Source of the DNA: a virus
IMG/VR virus record: IMGVR_UViG_3300020468_000005
Coordinates: 24,573-88,572 of that record
Length of the DNA: 64,000 nucleotides
Strand: one strand, 5' to 3'
Below, piece after piece: positions 31,301 through 42,100 of this stretch. Below the pieces are notes generated by a model, which made no database searches, had not been told where the DNA came from, and saw only the letters and a list, made by a program, of their open reading frames with translations. How positions within the stretch are numbered: position 1 is the stretch's first letter; every line of letters starts with the position of its first letter. Made by a program: the position numbers and the translations under genes.

Positions 31301-32532
31301 AACGTCCTAATGCATTAGATCGTAGATCAGGTGCTATCAGATATAATACTACACAGTTGCAATTTGAAGGTTTTAACGGAACTGACTTTGTATCTCTTGG
31401 TGGTGTTAGAGACGTTGACCAAGATACTTACATATTAACTGAAGCATCACCTGGTTCTGACGAAGATACATTTGAATACTTTGCAGCAGGGCAAAATAAC
31501 CTTTCAATAAGCAATACCACTATGACCTTTAAGGGTAATATGACAGGTGTTGTTTATCCAAACATTGCATTTACTCACAGCATTCCTAACTCTCTTATCA
31601 TTGATGGTACAAATTTTGGTATTAACCCATTAAATGTTCAGGCTTCTGGTTCTAATATTGTATCTGTAAGAAATAAGAAAGATTTTGAAGTTACTGGTGG
31701 TTTAAGACTCAGAAATGTTCCTGCACAAGGTGTTGTTGCTACATTTGATAATGCTACATTAACACAAGTTGCAACATCATATACAGCATCCACTACTGTT
31801 ACTAGCGTCACAACATCCGCACAGATTGAAGGTACTGGATTGACTGTAGATATAACTACAGATAGTAATGGAACTGTAACATCTGTTACTGTTAACTCTG
31901 GCGGTACTGGTTATGAAATTGGTGAAGTTATAACTATCGCTGGTACTGCTGTTGGTGGAACGACTCCAGCTCAAGACATAACAATCAAAGTTGATACTAT
32001 TTCTAGTCCAACATCTCCTATAACAAGAAAAGATGTATTAAGACAGAATTACACAACTAGAATGGATGATAAACCATTCATTGATTTAGATGCCAACGGT
32101 GCTGAAGCGGGATGGAAAATCAATAGAGGATGGAATGGTGGAACCACATCATACTTAACTATATTTGATACCACTGCTGACTTTGTGGAACTTGATGACT
32201 GTCGTGTTGAGGGTGGTCAGATTAGTTCTTTCACAAGCACCGCAACTGTCGTATCATTTGATAAGACACAATACAAAGGTGGTAAGACTCTTATCACCAT
32301 TGAAAGTGATGATGGTAAGGTTCACATGTTTGAGGTCACTGCTATATGTGCAGCTGCAGGTACTGCTGCTCACGCAACAGTTACCAACTCCATTACATCA
32401 GATAATGACTTGATGGATGCAACCATAGCAGTCGCTGCTAACAGTGTTAATATCCAATTAACTAAATCAACAGCTGCAACATCATCTACTAGTTTTACTG
32501 GTAGATTCACAACCACTAAAGTTAAGGTATAA
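25288..32532 (+). CDS. Large virion/fibre protein (2414 aa): Mtd-N-like, pectin-lyase-like beta-helix, LamG, GxGY repeats, cupredoxin-like domain
   Basis: MATRIKLKRSTT..P...LEDGEIALN; YYVA..GSD.N...PFLTITKAL...GDTIIVAPGEYQE (beta-helix start); WYHVAVAR...FNGHIDEVRISKG (LamG); TYRFDQSDSSNATH...YQCVQHGVAM. Confidence 0.8.
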   Translation: MATRIKLKRSTTAAVVPTTSNLEDGEIALNIADRKLYARNGSNIIEVANQKPNTGEVVTSMLSTDITNGQGNTYYVASVGSDNNTLANGGNAGLHPDTPFLTITKALGTATAGDTIIVAPGEYQETFPMTVPDGVTLRGTNLRSTSVKPTGVTNANTAFKLSGDCHVSDLTIKDFYYDSSNDDGYAFELITSLNSTQSPYIERCTVNTKGSVTSASDPYGYAQGDAGRGAKLDGANIAAASQHSSVLFNECTFITPNQIGVIATNGIRVEWLNCFNYFASIGIQGIQGATGKSGTGNTRLKLGGVSGTYSTSEVTYQLEDSFQSGTYARSSSTVTLTRTGHGLVTGDYIYADHISGSATDNFYQVTKVDNNTVTYADGASGTTSGNVTYKKAVARGVVSSNDGTYIFITGKGTGAFTTVNKSAKTLSRFGDSQLDTAQKKFGTSSILLDGTEDNVKVPTSEDFGFGTSNWCLEAFIRPNSVTGIQHIFDLRDASGTDTAPKLYLNGTTLHYGVGNASTRSGGTLSTGTWYHVAVARQGGTTKLFLDGVELGTGADTNDYGSTKPVIIGSDYQASPTEAFNGHIDEVRISKGAARFTAGFTPTTGEYSSDLNTVLLLHANGDDASTTFTDGSGGTSDIRSSGGDSATSVITADYSAFGAEMRSVASACVYGSKGVQADGSGVKLILTAHNFGYVGSGSDYTNDPSLAVQANEVEELNNGKVLYSSTDQDGDFRVGEAFSVDQETGNVQFQATSTAQSAANITLSDGTGTTNIFPAYIETGNLRLAGNSITSTTGQVIVDPSGQEDFVVNAETIVKEAVYFDVNKSISFGSVIQGALNIAGFQDSTLFGSSEASCFSTRSFVVLKNGLGTVTVTSAGTGYEGGQQSVSVTSDPFQKGTATAALATTGAIKSITLSNRGSGYSASPDITFSSGAAAATANLGQAGNVVAAAVDFGGTNYSGPTAVVDPPPQNTFSPSGTVVDTTANTITISSHSFETGDQVTYDSQTLDAGATSVGGLTHNSTYYIIWVDTDTIKVAASLSDANAGTEISLGPATGSNDQFFIGTSATLNLGQTGGVIDSVTITSAGSGYQSNPSVTIADSGTGSGAVLTTTLGYTVQSITVSDGGQYTSATLPTITFANAAGDTTGSGVAGSPDIGFPVETLTVTGNGLGYRNTPGVTFTGGTPSQEANATAVLDEKTGRLSSITLDSGGIGYSSAPTVEVTGGGGKDGVVNIDIQSISGTITSSGSGYLAGSYPNVQFTGGAPTTTTTATFVIPGFSGSITNGGSGYTDGTYQTNFRNVPTATYTVTVVQRDKLNLSNITGGTFAVGNTVTGSVSGATGTVTKVLTDAVFVNNVTGSFLDAQQENIATGGVSAQLDSLNLATNRYLIDTGSGPVEAPSITLVDNNTYRFDQSDSSNATHELAIQSVTNVTTRNAGTAGTAGAYFEMIVGSVSGTTTDGTYQCVQHGVAMSEPTPNLTFTSGSSGNSGDQMTGDFTVSGGAITSLSILTQGLGYALNNQLTVDPGDVGGTGSGFIYTLNSEQTGVTAVNDISLTGAGYNIGDVLSVDDATVGGGGGAGFQFTVNNVGFATGATVTTPGTAFEAADAPIIGNVGGDQAVQGTGLVLDIATISSEKNIELTQEGLLTLGPTGGAQVIMNPDGTTTAANWNISAAGGSTFTTIAGTTGTFSSTLTVQSTSTFTGLGTFNGGITVSGASSSIDQATIKLDDGAEATPTLTFTNSNTSGFYRSASNTIGITLGGTQFGEIGASRGIDAKLFQADATVGSLTPFFKVDTANTKVQIGPAAAQIEIDNTNTIFGNGSDINVPLNFDTKGEGNFVFKGGTNVDFSITDGTDEKLKIDTGTGDLTVSGNLDAGLLRILDNVVQNNSSTATRSFGQILAVSVTGTGSGYTDGTYTATATTSSGIGTGLTLTVTVASGDFSAVTVVAKGQNYAVGDTILITAAGGGSGRTITVSDVDGTGVAIKPSSGFDILCDTTGSLIVPSGTTNERPNALDRRSGAIRYNTTQLQFEGFNGTDFVSLGGVRDVDQDTYILTEASPGSDEDTFEYFAAGQNNLSISNTTMTFKGNMTGVVYPNIAFTHSIPNSLIIDGTNFGINPLNVQASGSNIVSVRNKKDFEVTGGLRLRNVPAQGVVATFDNATLTQVATSYTASTTVTSVTTSAQIEGTGLTVDITTDSNGTVTSVTVNSGGTGYEIGEVITIAGTAVGGTTPAQDITIKVDTISSPTSPITRKDVLRQNYTTRMDDKPFIDLDANGAEAGWKINRGWNGGTTSYLTIFDTTADFVELDDCRVEGGQISSFTSTATVVSFDKTQYKGGKTLITIESDDGKVHMFEVTAICAAAGTAAHATVTNSITSDNDLMDATIAVAANSVNIQLTKSTAATSSTSFTGRFTTTKVKV

Positions 32533-32535
32533 ATA
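32528..32535 (+). promoter_or_regulatory. T4-type late promoter TATAAATA
   Basis: Exact consensus overlapping the stop at 32530-32532; GAGG Shine-Dalgarno and the ATG at 32557 follow. Confidence 0.8.
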
Positions 32536-32556
32536 AACCTGAGGTAATATAACGTC

Positions 32557-33090
32557 ATGCCAACCAAGAATTTTTCATCAATTGGAGGTTTTGCAGTAGG
32601 TTCTACTGAAGTCGTCAACACACAGTTCGAGCTCAAGAACATATCTGCAATTCACATGGTCAGCGATAATTTCGCTGATGCGAGCCATGACAAGTATCTA
32701 GTTAAAAGAGTAACAGATTCTGCCAACAATACCTTACAATTGACATTAGATGGAACTACTGCTCTAGCAACAAACACACCTGCACTTGCTGCAGATAGAG
32801 TTTGTTTTATAAAAGCAAGAGTTTTTGGTCAAGAGACTACTAGCAATCAATATGTTTATGCAACAACATTTGATATTGTAGTTACTACTGCTAATGATGG
32901 TACTCCAACAGTAGCAGCTACCTATGAGAATATTATTAGGAACAATCCACCAGGACAAGAACTCTGGAATGTAACTCCAGATGCTTTCCAAATTGGAGGA
33001 GCTCCTTATTTCACTTTTGAAGTGAAGTCAGTGACTACCAATTCTACAGTTAAGTGGATTGGTGTTTTGGATATTACCGTCGTATCATAA
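32557..33090 (+). CDS. Hypothetical virion protein (177 aa)
   Basis: Late promoter and SD upstream; beta-rich; starts with KNFSSIGGFAVG. Confidence 0.7.
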   Translation: MPTKNFSSIGGFAVGSTEVVNTQFELKNISAIHMVSDNFADASHDKYLVKRVTDSANNTLQLTLDGTTALATNTPALAADRVCFIKARVFGQETTSNQYVYATTFDIVVTTANDGTPTVAATYENIIRNNPPGQELWNVTPDAFQIGGAPYFTFEVKSVTTNSTVKWIGVLDITVVS

Positions 33091-33105
33091 CCGTTTGGAA
33101 AACTA

Positions 33106-36100
33106 ATGGCTCTTAAGATTAATTCTGACCAACAGAGAATATCAGCATCGGGTGCTACCCCTACAGGAAATTGGGTTGGTGCTACGTATAGTAGGACTGT
33201 GGGAGGACTTGTAAATATCCTTTCAGTTGGACACGGGTTTATAGGGAACGAAAAGTTATATATTGACTTCACATCTGGTGGTGAAACAGATGGAACATAT
33301 ATTGTATCAAAAGTAGATGATGATAATTTACAATTTCAGAGTACTAACTTAGGTGTAATCACTGCAGGTAACACTGCAGCATATAGAAGAGTAAGATCTT
33401 TAAGTGTACAAGGTGATGAATCTGTAGAATTTTCAGTGGGTGTAGATGCCAACGAAAAGGATGCTATAACTTTAAACTTAAATGCACAGAATAATATTAG
33501 AGTTGGTGTTAATACTACCGATCCACAGTATGAACTAGACGTTGAGGGACAGATTAGAACAACTCGTTCTATCATTTCTGATACTGCACAGGTTACAAAC
33601 CTTGATATCAATACGATTATCAACCCTGCATTAGATCTTCGTGGTCCTAATTTAATTAACTATGAAGATACAGATGTAACAAGTCCTACATTTGGCACAA
33701 TATTTTTCCCTACTGCTGACACACCTCCCCTAAGTGATCAGTCAAGAAGGGTTGCAACCACTGACTTTGTATATAAAGTTGCTACTAATGACACTGGTGG
33801 TCGTGTATACGTGTCACAAACTATTGGTAGTGATCTAAATGATGGTCGTTCAGCTGCAAGACCAGTTAAAACTATTAAGAAAGCAGCACAGATTGCTTAT
33901 ACTTTACAAAAAGCACAACCAGATCCTAGTGATGAATACGTTTCACTAATCGTATCTGGTGGTGAATACTTTGAAGATAACCCAATTACACTTCCTAGGA
34001 ACTGTTCACTTATTGGTGACAACTTAAGACGAGTAATTGTTAGACCTCAAAACCAAGATCGTCATATGCTCAAAGCGTCTAACGAGACGTATGTGTTCGG
34101 TGTTGTATTCAGAGATGCATTACAAAATCAGTCAGATCCACAAAGTACTGTTATTCATACTTGGAAGTATGCGTTTGTGTTTGATGACAAACAAAGATTA
34201 TATTACGAACCAGAGTTAGGACAGATTCCATCAATACCTGGTGATAAGTTCCGTGGTGATAACCTTTTCAACATTACCTTTACCAACCATACAGGTAACA
34301 ATACAACTCTCGTAGTTGGTTATTTTCTACAAGGTGGATCTTCTGGTACATTAGGTACAATTCAAGAAATTACATTTACAGGTCCTGTTGCATCACCATA
34401 CTCCACTGGTTCTGTTAAAGTCTTAATTACATCAGGTGTTAATGATGTATTCCAAGACGCTGAAAAAGTATTCTATGATTCTGTAGCAGCAAATATTATT
34501 ACTGACATTAATAATGCAGGTGTGTCTGATAGATTTGACGTATCTGATGCTGAATCATTAAGACCAGAATTAGAGACAATCTCTAACCAGATTTATCAGC
34601 ATACAATCAACTCAGAAAGAGAAACTATTGCTTTTGCTGCTGATGGTACTAAAGTAAATACAACTACAGATCGTATTACAATCACTGGTCACGGACTTAA
34701 AACTGGTGATCAAGTTTATTATGAAAAAGATGAAAACGCTGCGGCTCTTGGTGGTCTTGCTGACAGCACACTTTATTATATAAGAAACGTTGATGCTAAT
34801 ACTATAGAACTTTATGATCTTTGGGTAGATGCTACAGCAACTACAGCAACTACAGGTATTAGAAATTTAAGTTCGGTTTCCCCAGATACTAAACTTCACT
34901 TATTTACTACTGGTAAGATGATGCCAGAGGGTAATCATATCTTTGTTGATACCCATCAATTTGCAAGTGGTGATGGTGTAGTATACCGTGAGAGTAAAAT
35001 GGGCAAGATAGACGGTCTTGTCTCTGGTACAACATATTATGTTTATAAGGAAAATGTAAATTGGTTTAGACTTGCATCATCTGCTGCTAACGCATTAAAC
35101 AAAGATGCTCAAGGTAATGATGCTCCTGTAACTCTTCCTCTTAATAGTACAGGTTTAGGATATCAAAGATTTGAAATAGCAGATAGAATATACTCAATCG
35201 CAACTCTTGACACATCATTAGCTACACAGCAGACCTACAATGGTCCTATATTCAATATTTCTGGTACTACTTATCATGACTATGAGGTAGGACAAGAAAT
35301 TCAGTTATATGGATTCACAAGTACTGCAATTGATTTTGGTGGATCTGTAAACTCATCTTGGAGTTTAGCTTCTGGTGAAGTTACAGTTACTTTAAGCACT
35401 GTAGATAATACACTTGTTACTAATCTATTCTCCAACTGGATGTCACTTGGAGAATGTGGTCTGAAGTTTAGTTTTGGTGGTACAGGATCTGAAGCATTAA
35501 GCAAGACATATCATATTGATAACTTCTCTCTAGGATCTGGAACTCCATCATTACCTGGCAACACTGCACTAGGTATGGGTTATGCCAGATATAATAGTTC
35601 TTCTTTAACTGTTACTTTTGTACTTAAGACAGCAAATATTCAATCAACAACTAATACTGCAACTGCTACTGGTTCTACAGTCAGTGTTTTAGATAACGTT
35701 GAAGATCTTAATGGTAGAAAATATATTACACATCGTATAGAACGTGCTGATGGTTACTCACTACAGTTTGTAGTAAGATCTTCTATCAGTGTATTTAATA
35801 CAACATTTAATCCAACTGGTAACCAGTCAGTTATTTCAACTAGCAACTATGTTCTAGCATCTCTAAGGAACTCTCCTTATGGATTTAAAAAGATAGATCA
35901 GACAGACAGATATAGAGATGGTGCAGAATCTATCAGAGCAAACCAAGAATTTATTGCACAGGAAGCATATGGATATGTTAAATCTCATTATGAAAACTCT
36001 GCTACTAGAAATAGCACTTTAACAATAGGACCTACTACATTCGTTGCATTAGGAGATACATTTGATCATCCTATTACCGAGTGGTCTACTAGTTTCAATA

Positions 36101-39100
36101 AGTTAACAGTTAAAGTTAATACTGGACATAACTTATTCCAAGGATTCCAAAATCATAATCACATTTACAATGGTGGCACAGCAACTAATGCTATTACCAT
36201 TACACAGGGTAGTGTTCAGAAAGACGTAACTGATGCAACATACAATCCCGTTACAGGTGATCTTGTATTAACAATAGGTGCACACAGTTATACTACTGCT
36301 AATACATTAACCATTGCAAATGGTGCTATTAGTTTCACATGTTCTAGAGATAATCACGCAACATCTCATACCTACCCAAGAGCAACAGATCCTGCATACG
36401 GTGCGACTCTAGCAATTAAAGAAGTAGATGCTTCTGGTACAGTTACTGTTAACGTTGGTGTATCTGCTGGTGTTCAGATTAAAGGTAGTTCCACTGCTGC
36501 TATTAATGGTACATGGGCTATTGATGAGGTATATGATCACAGAACATTTGTATTAGATCTAGGTATCACTTCTCTTACAACTGATACTACTGGAACTGAC
36601 GGTACATTCCAAGATATAAGAAAACCATTTAGAACTCCAAATAGTTTCCCAGTAAATAACAAACAAGGTGATGCTGCTGATTTGATAGCTGCTAACGCTG
36701 AAATGATCGCTGAGGTAGCTGTTGAGAGAATGGTTGCTAATACTGGTTATAGCGTACCTACAGGTAATACAGCGTGTACTGATGACATTAAAGACTTCTT
36801 ACAGAAATCACTTTATCACAACCTCAAGTGGGGTGGTAATGATAGAGTATATGATGCTGCTAATTACTATCTAAAACAAGTAACTACAAGTAATCAAAGT
36901 AAGTATATTGAAGCATTCAATTATGCAAAAGATTATGCTGCTAAGGTAGTTCGTAACTTGCCTATGCTAAGGCATCCACATACACTTCATACTCAGTTCT
37001 TTAATACTACAATTACTTTAGATAGAGCAGTGTATGGACAGGTTCCTAATAAGACACAGGATGCTTCAAACTTAATTAATCTTAACAACACATTTATATC
37101 TAACGAAGCAGTAGAACGTTTTGTTTCTAGTATGACTGAGACTCCAGTTGAGGCAGTCAATGGAAATGATATTACAATTAATGCACTTAATGGTACTACT
37201 CCAACAAATACTAGTCCACATACATTCCAAGGTTTAAGCACATATCAGTGGCAACCTTCAAACGTTGCTTATGATCCACTCACAGGTGAGATGATCATTA
37301 CTATTAATGCTCACCCATTTGTTGATGGAGACAGAATTTTAATAGCACCTAATTCATTAACATTTACATGTGCTTCAGATAGCAACAGTGCTCAGAAAAC
37401 ATATCCTCGCACAACAGATCCATACTACAACAAATATATTGGTGTACGTAAAGTAGATGCCAACAATATTAAAGTTAATGTTGGTGCTGCTAAAACTGAT
37501 GTTACTGCACATACATTTGTAACTGCTACATCAACTGCTATTAGTAGAGCAGTCGTTTACAACGATACTGGATTTACAAATCATACAGTAACCAATGCAT
37601 CCTATGAACCAATTACAGGTGTATTACAATTAACAATTCCTAATCATGGATTTACCGTAGGTGAAAAGGTACAAGTTGCACAGGATTCATTGACCTTTAC
37701 TTGTGCTATGGATGACAACTATTCTAAGCACACATATCCAAGAGCAACAGATCCTGCACTTAATGTTTGGAAGAGTGTTTCTAATGTTACACAGGACACT
37801 TTTGACATTAACGTAGGTACTACACCTCCTATCACATTTACTCCTACAAACGCTGTATATACCCCTACAACAGGTCTTGTTGAAGTTACCATAGGAAACC
37901 ATACACTTGAAGCTCCTACCACTCACACTGTAGAAGGTGCAACATTAGATGTTGCCACTGGTGTGATGACTGTTACTATTAACGATCATGGATTCCAAGA
38001 AGGAAACAAGATCAATATTGCTCAAAGTTCTATAACTATGAGTTGCCCTTATGGTGGCGGTGGTCAAGAATCTTATCCAAAAGCTGGTCAATATATTGAT
38101 GGTAAGTGGATCAATATATGGAACGTAACTCAAAATACATTTAGTTTTGACACTACTGGTGGTGTACCATTATCAGTTAATGATGCTCATACATTTGTAT
38201 CTGCAACTCCTAATGGATTAAGTCGTGTTAAAGAACATATCAAACTTACAACAGGTGCATTAACATTTAAGTGTGCTGAAGATAATTTCTCAACTGAACA
38301 TTCTTATCCAAGAGCACTTGTAGATACACATACAGCAACTAATGGTACAACTTATGATCCTAATACAGGTATCATGAAAGTTACCACCACTGCTGCTCAT
38401 GGAATGAGAAATGGTGATTGGGTTAAGATATCAGAAAATTCCATGACATTCAGTTGTGGATACAATGGTGCTTCTGGTGCAGCTGCACAAAAAACATATC
38501 CAAGATCAACAGACCATATTGCTAATAAATGGCAGAAGATTCTCAATGTAACTGCAACAACATTTGAAATTCAAGTTTTATCTACAATTCCATCTACTAA
38601 CCTTGATGTACATACATTTGTATCTGCTACTTCAAATGGAATTCAACAGAAACGTGACAAGTCTTACAATACTTCAGTTCCTATCGTAGCAAAAACTGGA
38701 ACTACAATTACTATTGACGTTGGTATTTCTTCTAATTCAACTGCACACACTTTCCAGTCTGCACTTAACAACTCAGTTATTACTGGTGGTAACTATGCAC
38801 ACACATTCGTAAGTTCTGTTACTAACGGTGTTAAGAGAGCAACTTCTTCCACAATCTTAAATTACGTTCCATCTGGTTCAACATATAATCCTTCAACAGG
38901 AGATATGGTCATAACGATTGGATCTAATCAATTGTTAGCTCCAACTACACATACTTCTACTGATGGTGCTTATAATCCCACTACAGGTATTATGACTGTC
39001 ACCGTTGCTAATCACGGATTCAATGTTGGTGACAAAGTTAAATTTGCTGTCGGTGCTATAAGCTTTAGTTGTACTCATGGTAGTGGTGGTACAACTGCAT

Positions 39101-42100
39101 ATCCTCGTTCTTCCGATCCAATTGCGAATAAGTGGGTTATCATTTCTAATGTGACTCAGAATACATTTGATGTTCAAACATTAGATTCAGTTCCTTCTAC
39201 TAATACTACAACTCACACTTATGTAAGTTCTGCTGCTAATGCTATTAGTCATGCTAGATCTACAGTTAAAGTTGCAACAAACTCTATAATCTTTAGTTGT
39301 ACTCATGGTAGTGGAGGAAATAAAACATACCCTCGTGTAACTGATCCTATTGCATCTGCTAGATTCTCAATTCCTAATCATAATAAAGATTGTAAGGATG
39401 ATGTTTCTGATGTATTGAGAGCTGTTGCTTACAACCTTACTAATGGTGGTAACGATGCTGTTTACGATCATGCAGGTTACTTTGTAGGAACTCCTCACGT
39501 AGATGGAGAAGAGTTCTATGCTCGTGCAGTCATGGAGATTGCAAGTAATATTACTCAACAGGTTATTGCAAATGAAACTGTAAATATCAGAGGTTGGCAT
39601 GGTAAGATTCAAGACAAAGATCTTACTATTACAGTTGATCCTGACGGTTGTGCAAATGAAAAAGCTGCAGTTGATACATTATTCTCTATTGTAGAACAAG
39701 CAATTGCTACAGATAGTCTTGCTCATGCTACAGATACTGTTGCTACAACACCTACATGTACTGATGCAATATCTGCAGTTGATACATTTTTTGGTATTCT
39801 TACAACTGCACTTGGTTCAGATGGTTCTTATGGAAACTTAAATGCTGTAACTAGAACATTCTCACCTGGCGATCAGCAATGTTTAGATGATGTTCTTCAT
39901 ATAATTAGAGCGTTCCAATATGACCTTAGATACACTGGTAACTCTTCTATAGTTGAAGCTGCTAACAAGTATATCTTAGGTGGTGCTATCAACCATGTTA
40001 CACAAGAGGTAGATTATACTCGTGCAATATTTGCTTATGCTAAAGAACTTTCTATTCTAGCAATTAGAAATAATCTTGAACCAGGTTTCTTCTCACCAAT
40101 TGCTCCTGTTTCTAATAGTACAATTACTGTAGATTCTAGTGCACCTGAATGTGCTAACGTTGTATCTGCATTAACTACAAACTGGGGTATATTAGATAAC
40201 GTACTTTCCAGTGCATCTCTATACAGTGGTACTATTACAAATCCAGATCCTATGATTGAAGAACAGGATGCTGCTAAGTATAGGTTCCCACTACTTAATA
40301 TATTCCTAGATCTTCCAGTTATTGAAGCATCACCTTATATCCAGAACTCTTCACTTATATCATTCCTTGGTGGTTCTGGTTGTGATATTGACGGTGCTAA
40401 AGTTGCTACACCTAACGTACCTAGACCTGGTCTTAAATTAGATGGACAAGGTAATAGTATTGCACAGTTCGACCCACAAGGTAAGTCGATGGTTGCAAAC
40501 GCATTCACTATCATTTGTTTTGGTGGTACTGCGTATAATGTTACTAACGATGGTTACACCCAGTTGGTTTCTGTGTTCGCTATCTTCTGTCAAGATGGTA
40601 TCGTATGTCAGTCTGGTGGTTATGCATCTGTTACTAACTCAGCATCTAACTTTGGTACTTACTCTCTAAGAGCAACAGGATTTAGAGCAGATCCATACAG
40701 CTTTGACGTTGGTGTTATTGATAGTATTACTAATGACGTTGATGGAAATGGAACTGAATCTGGTAGACAAGTTATTCAAGTATCTGGTACAACATTAACT
40801 GCTATTCCTATTGAAGATTACATCATTAGAATTGGTGGTACTAATCCTACTGATCCTGCAGTCGAGCATATTATTCTTGAAACTGAAGTTGTTAGTGGTG
40901 CTCCTGGTACTCAAGTTGTTGCTAAGATTACAACTAACCGTGCGATGGACTTTACTGATACTACTACAAGTACAGTATACAGTTATGCTAATGGTAATTT
41001 AAGTAGTCTTGTTAATAAATCAATTCAATTCCACAGACCTTCTGTTGTTAACTCATCTTCACACACTTGGGAATATGCAGGATCAGGTAACACTTATGCT
41101 GCTCTACCTCAGAACGGTGGATTTGGTTTAGGTACTGCGTTTGAAGCATCTGAAGAAACCTTTGGTCAGGTTTATACATCAGGTACTAACGAGTTTGGTG
41201 ATTTCAAAGTTGGTAACTTTGTTACTATCTTTAACAGAACTGGTGCTATTAGTTTCGTTGGTACTGTTAGTATCTCTGAACTATCATCTATTAAGATTGT
41301 TGGTGGTGACATCACAATTACAGGTTTCTCTAAAGATGATAACTTAGGTGGAACATTCGCATCTGATGCTTTACTACCCACACAGGCATCTGTTAGAGAT
41401 TATATTTCAAACAACCTAGGACCATATCTAAACCAACCATATTCTACAAACGCAGTTCCATCTGCTCTTGTTCAGTTAACATCTTCTGGTAAGATTAACA
41501 TTGACCAGATTCCTGCATTACGTCCATTCAATATTACATCTGTTGCATCACAGGCAGACAGACTTGCGATTGAAGACGCAAGTGCAGGTGACATTGCAAT
41601 TGAAACAACAGCAACATCATTTAGTGTTGCACCTGCTGCAGTTAATACTGGTACAGACAGAATTACAATCACAGGTCACGGTACATCAACAGGTGATGGA
41701 TTAACATACACTGAGGGAACTACTGCAATTGGTGGTCTATCTACTAACACCAAGTACTTTGTTATCAAGATTGATGATGATACAGTTAAACTTGCTGCTA
41801 CTAAATCTAACGCTGATTCTGGTAATGCTTTAACATTATCAGGTCAAGGTTCAGGTACACATACATTCACAACTGATGGTACTGCAATTTCCTATATCTT
41901 GGAAAATGATTTAGAATCTCAATTCTTATCATTTATTCCTAATCAGAATTACTCATTCAGTAATGGTGCTATATTAAGTGGTAGTTCTACAACTGCTCGT
42001 GGTACTATACAATCCTATAACGATGGTCAAATATTCAACTTCGTTATCAGTGATGGTGGTGCAGATTATACTGGTAGTTTCGCACTAACAATTTCTGCTC

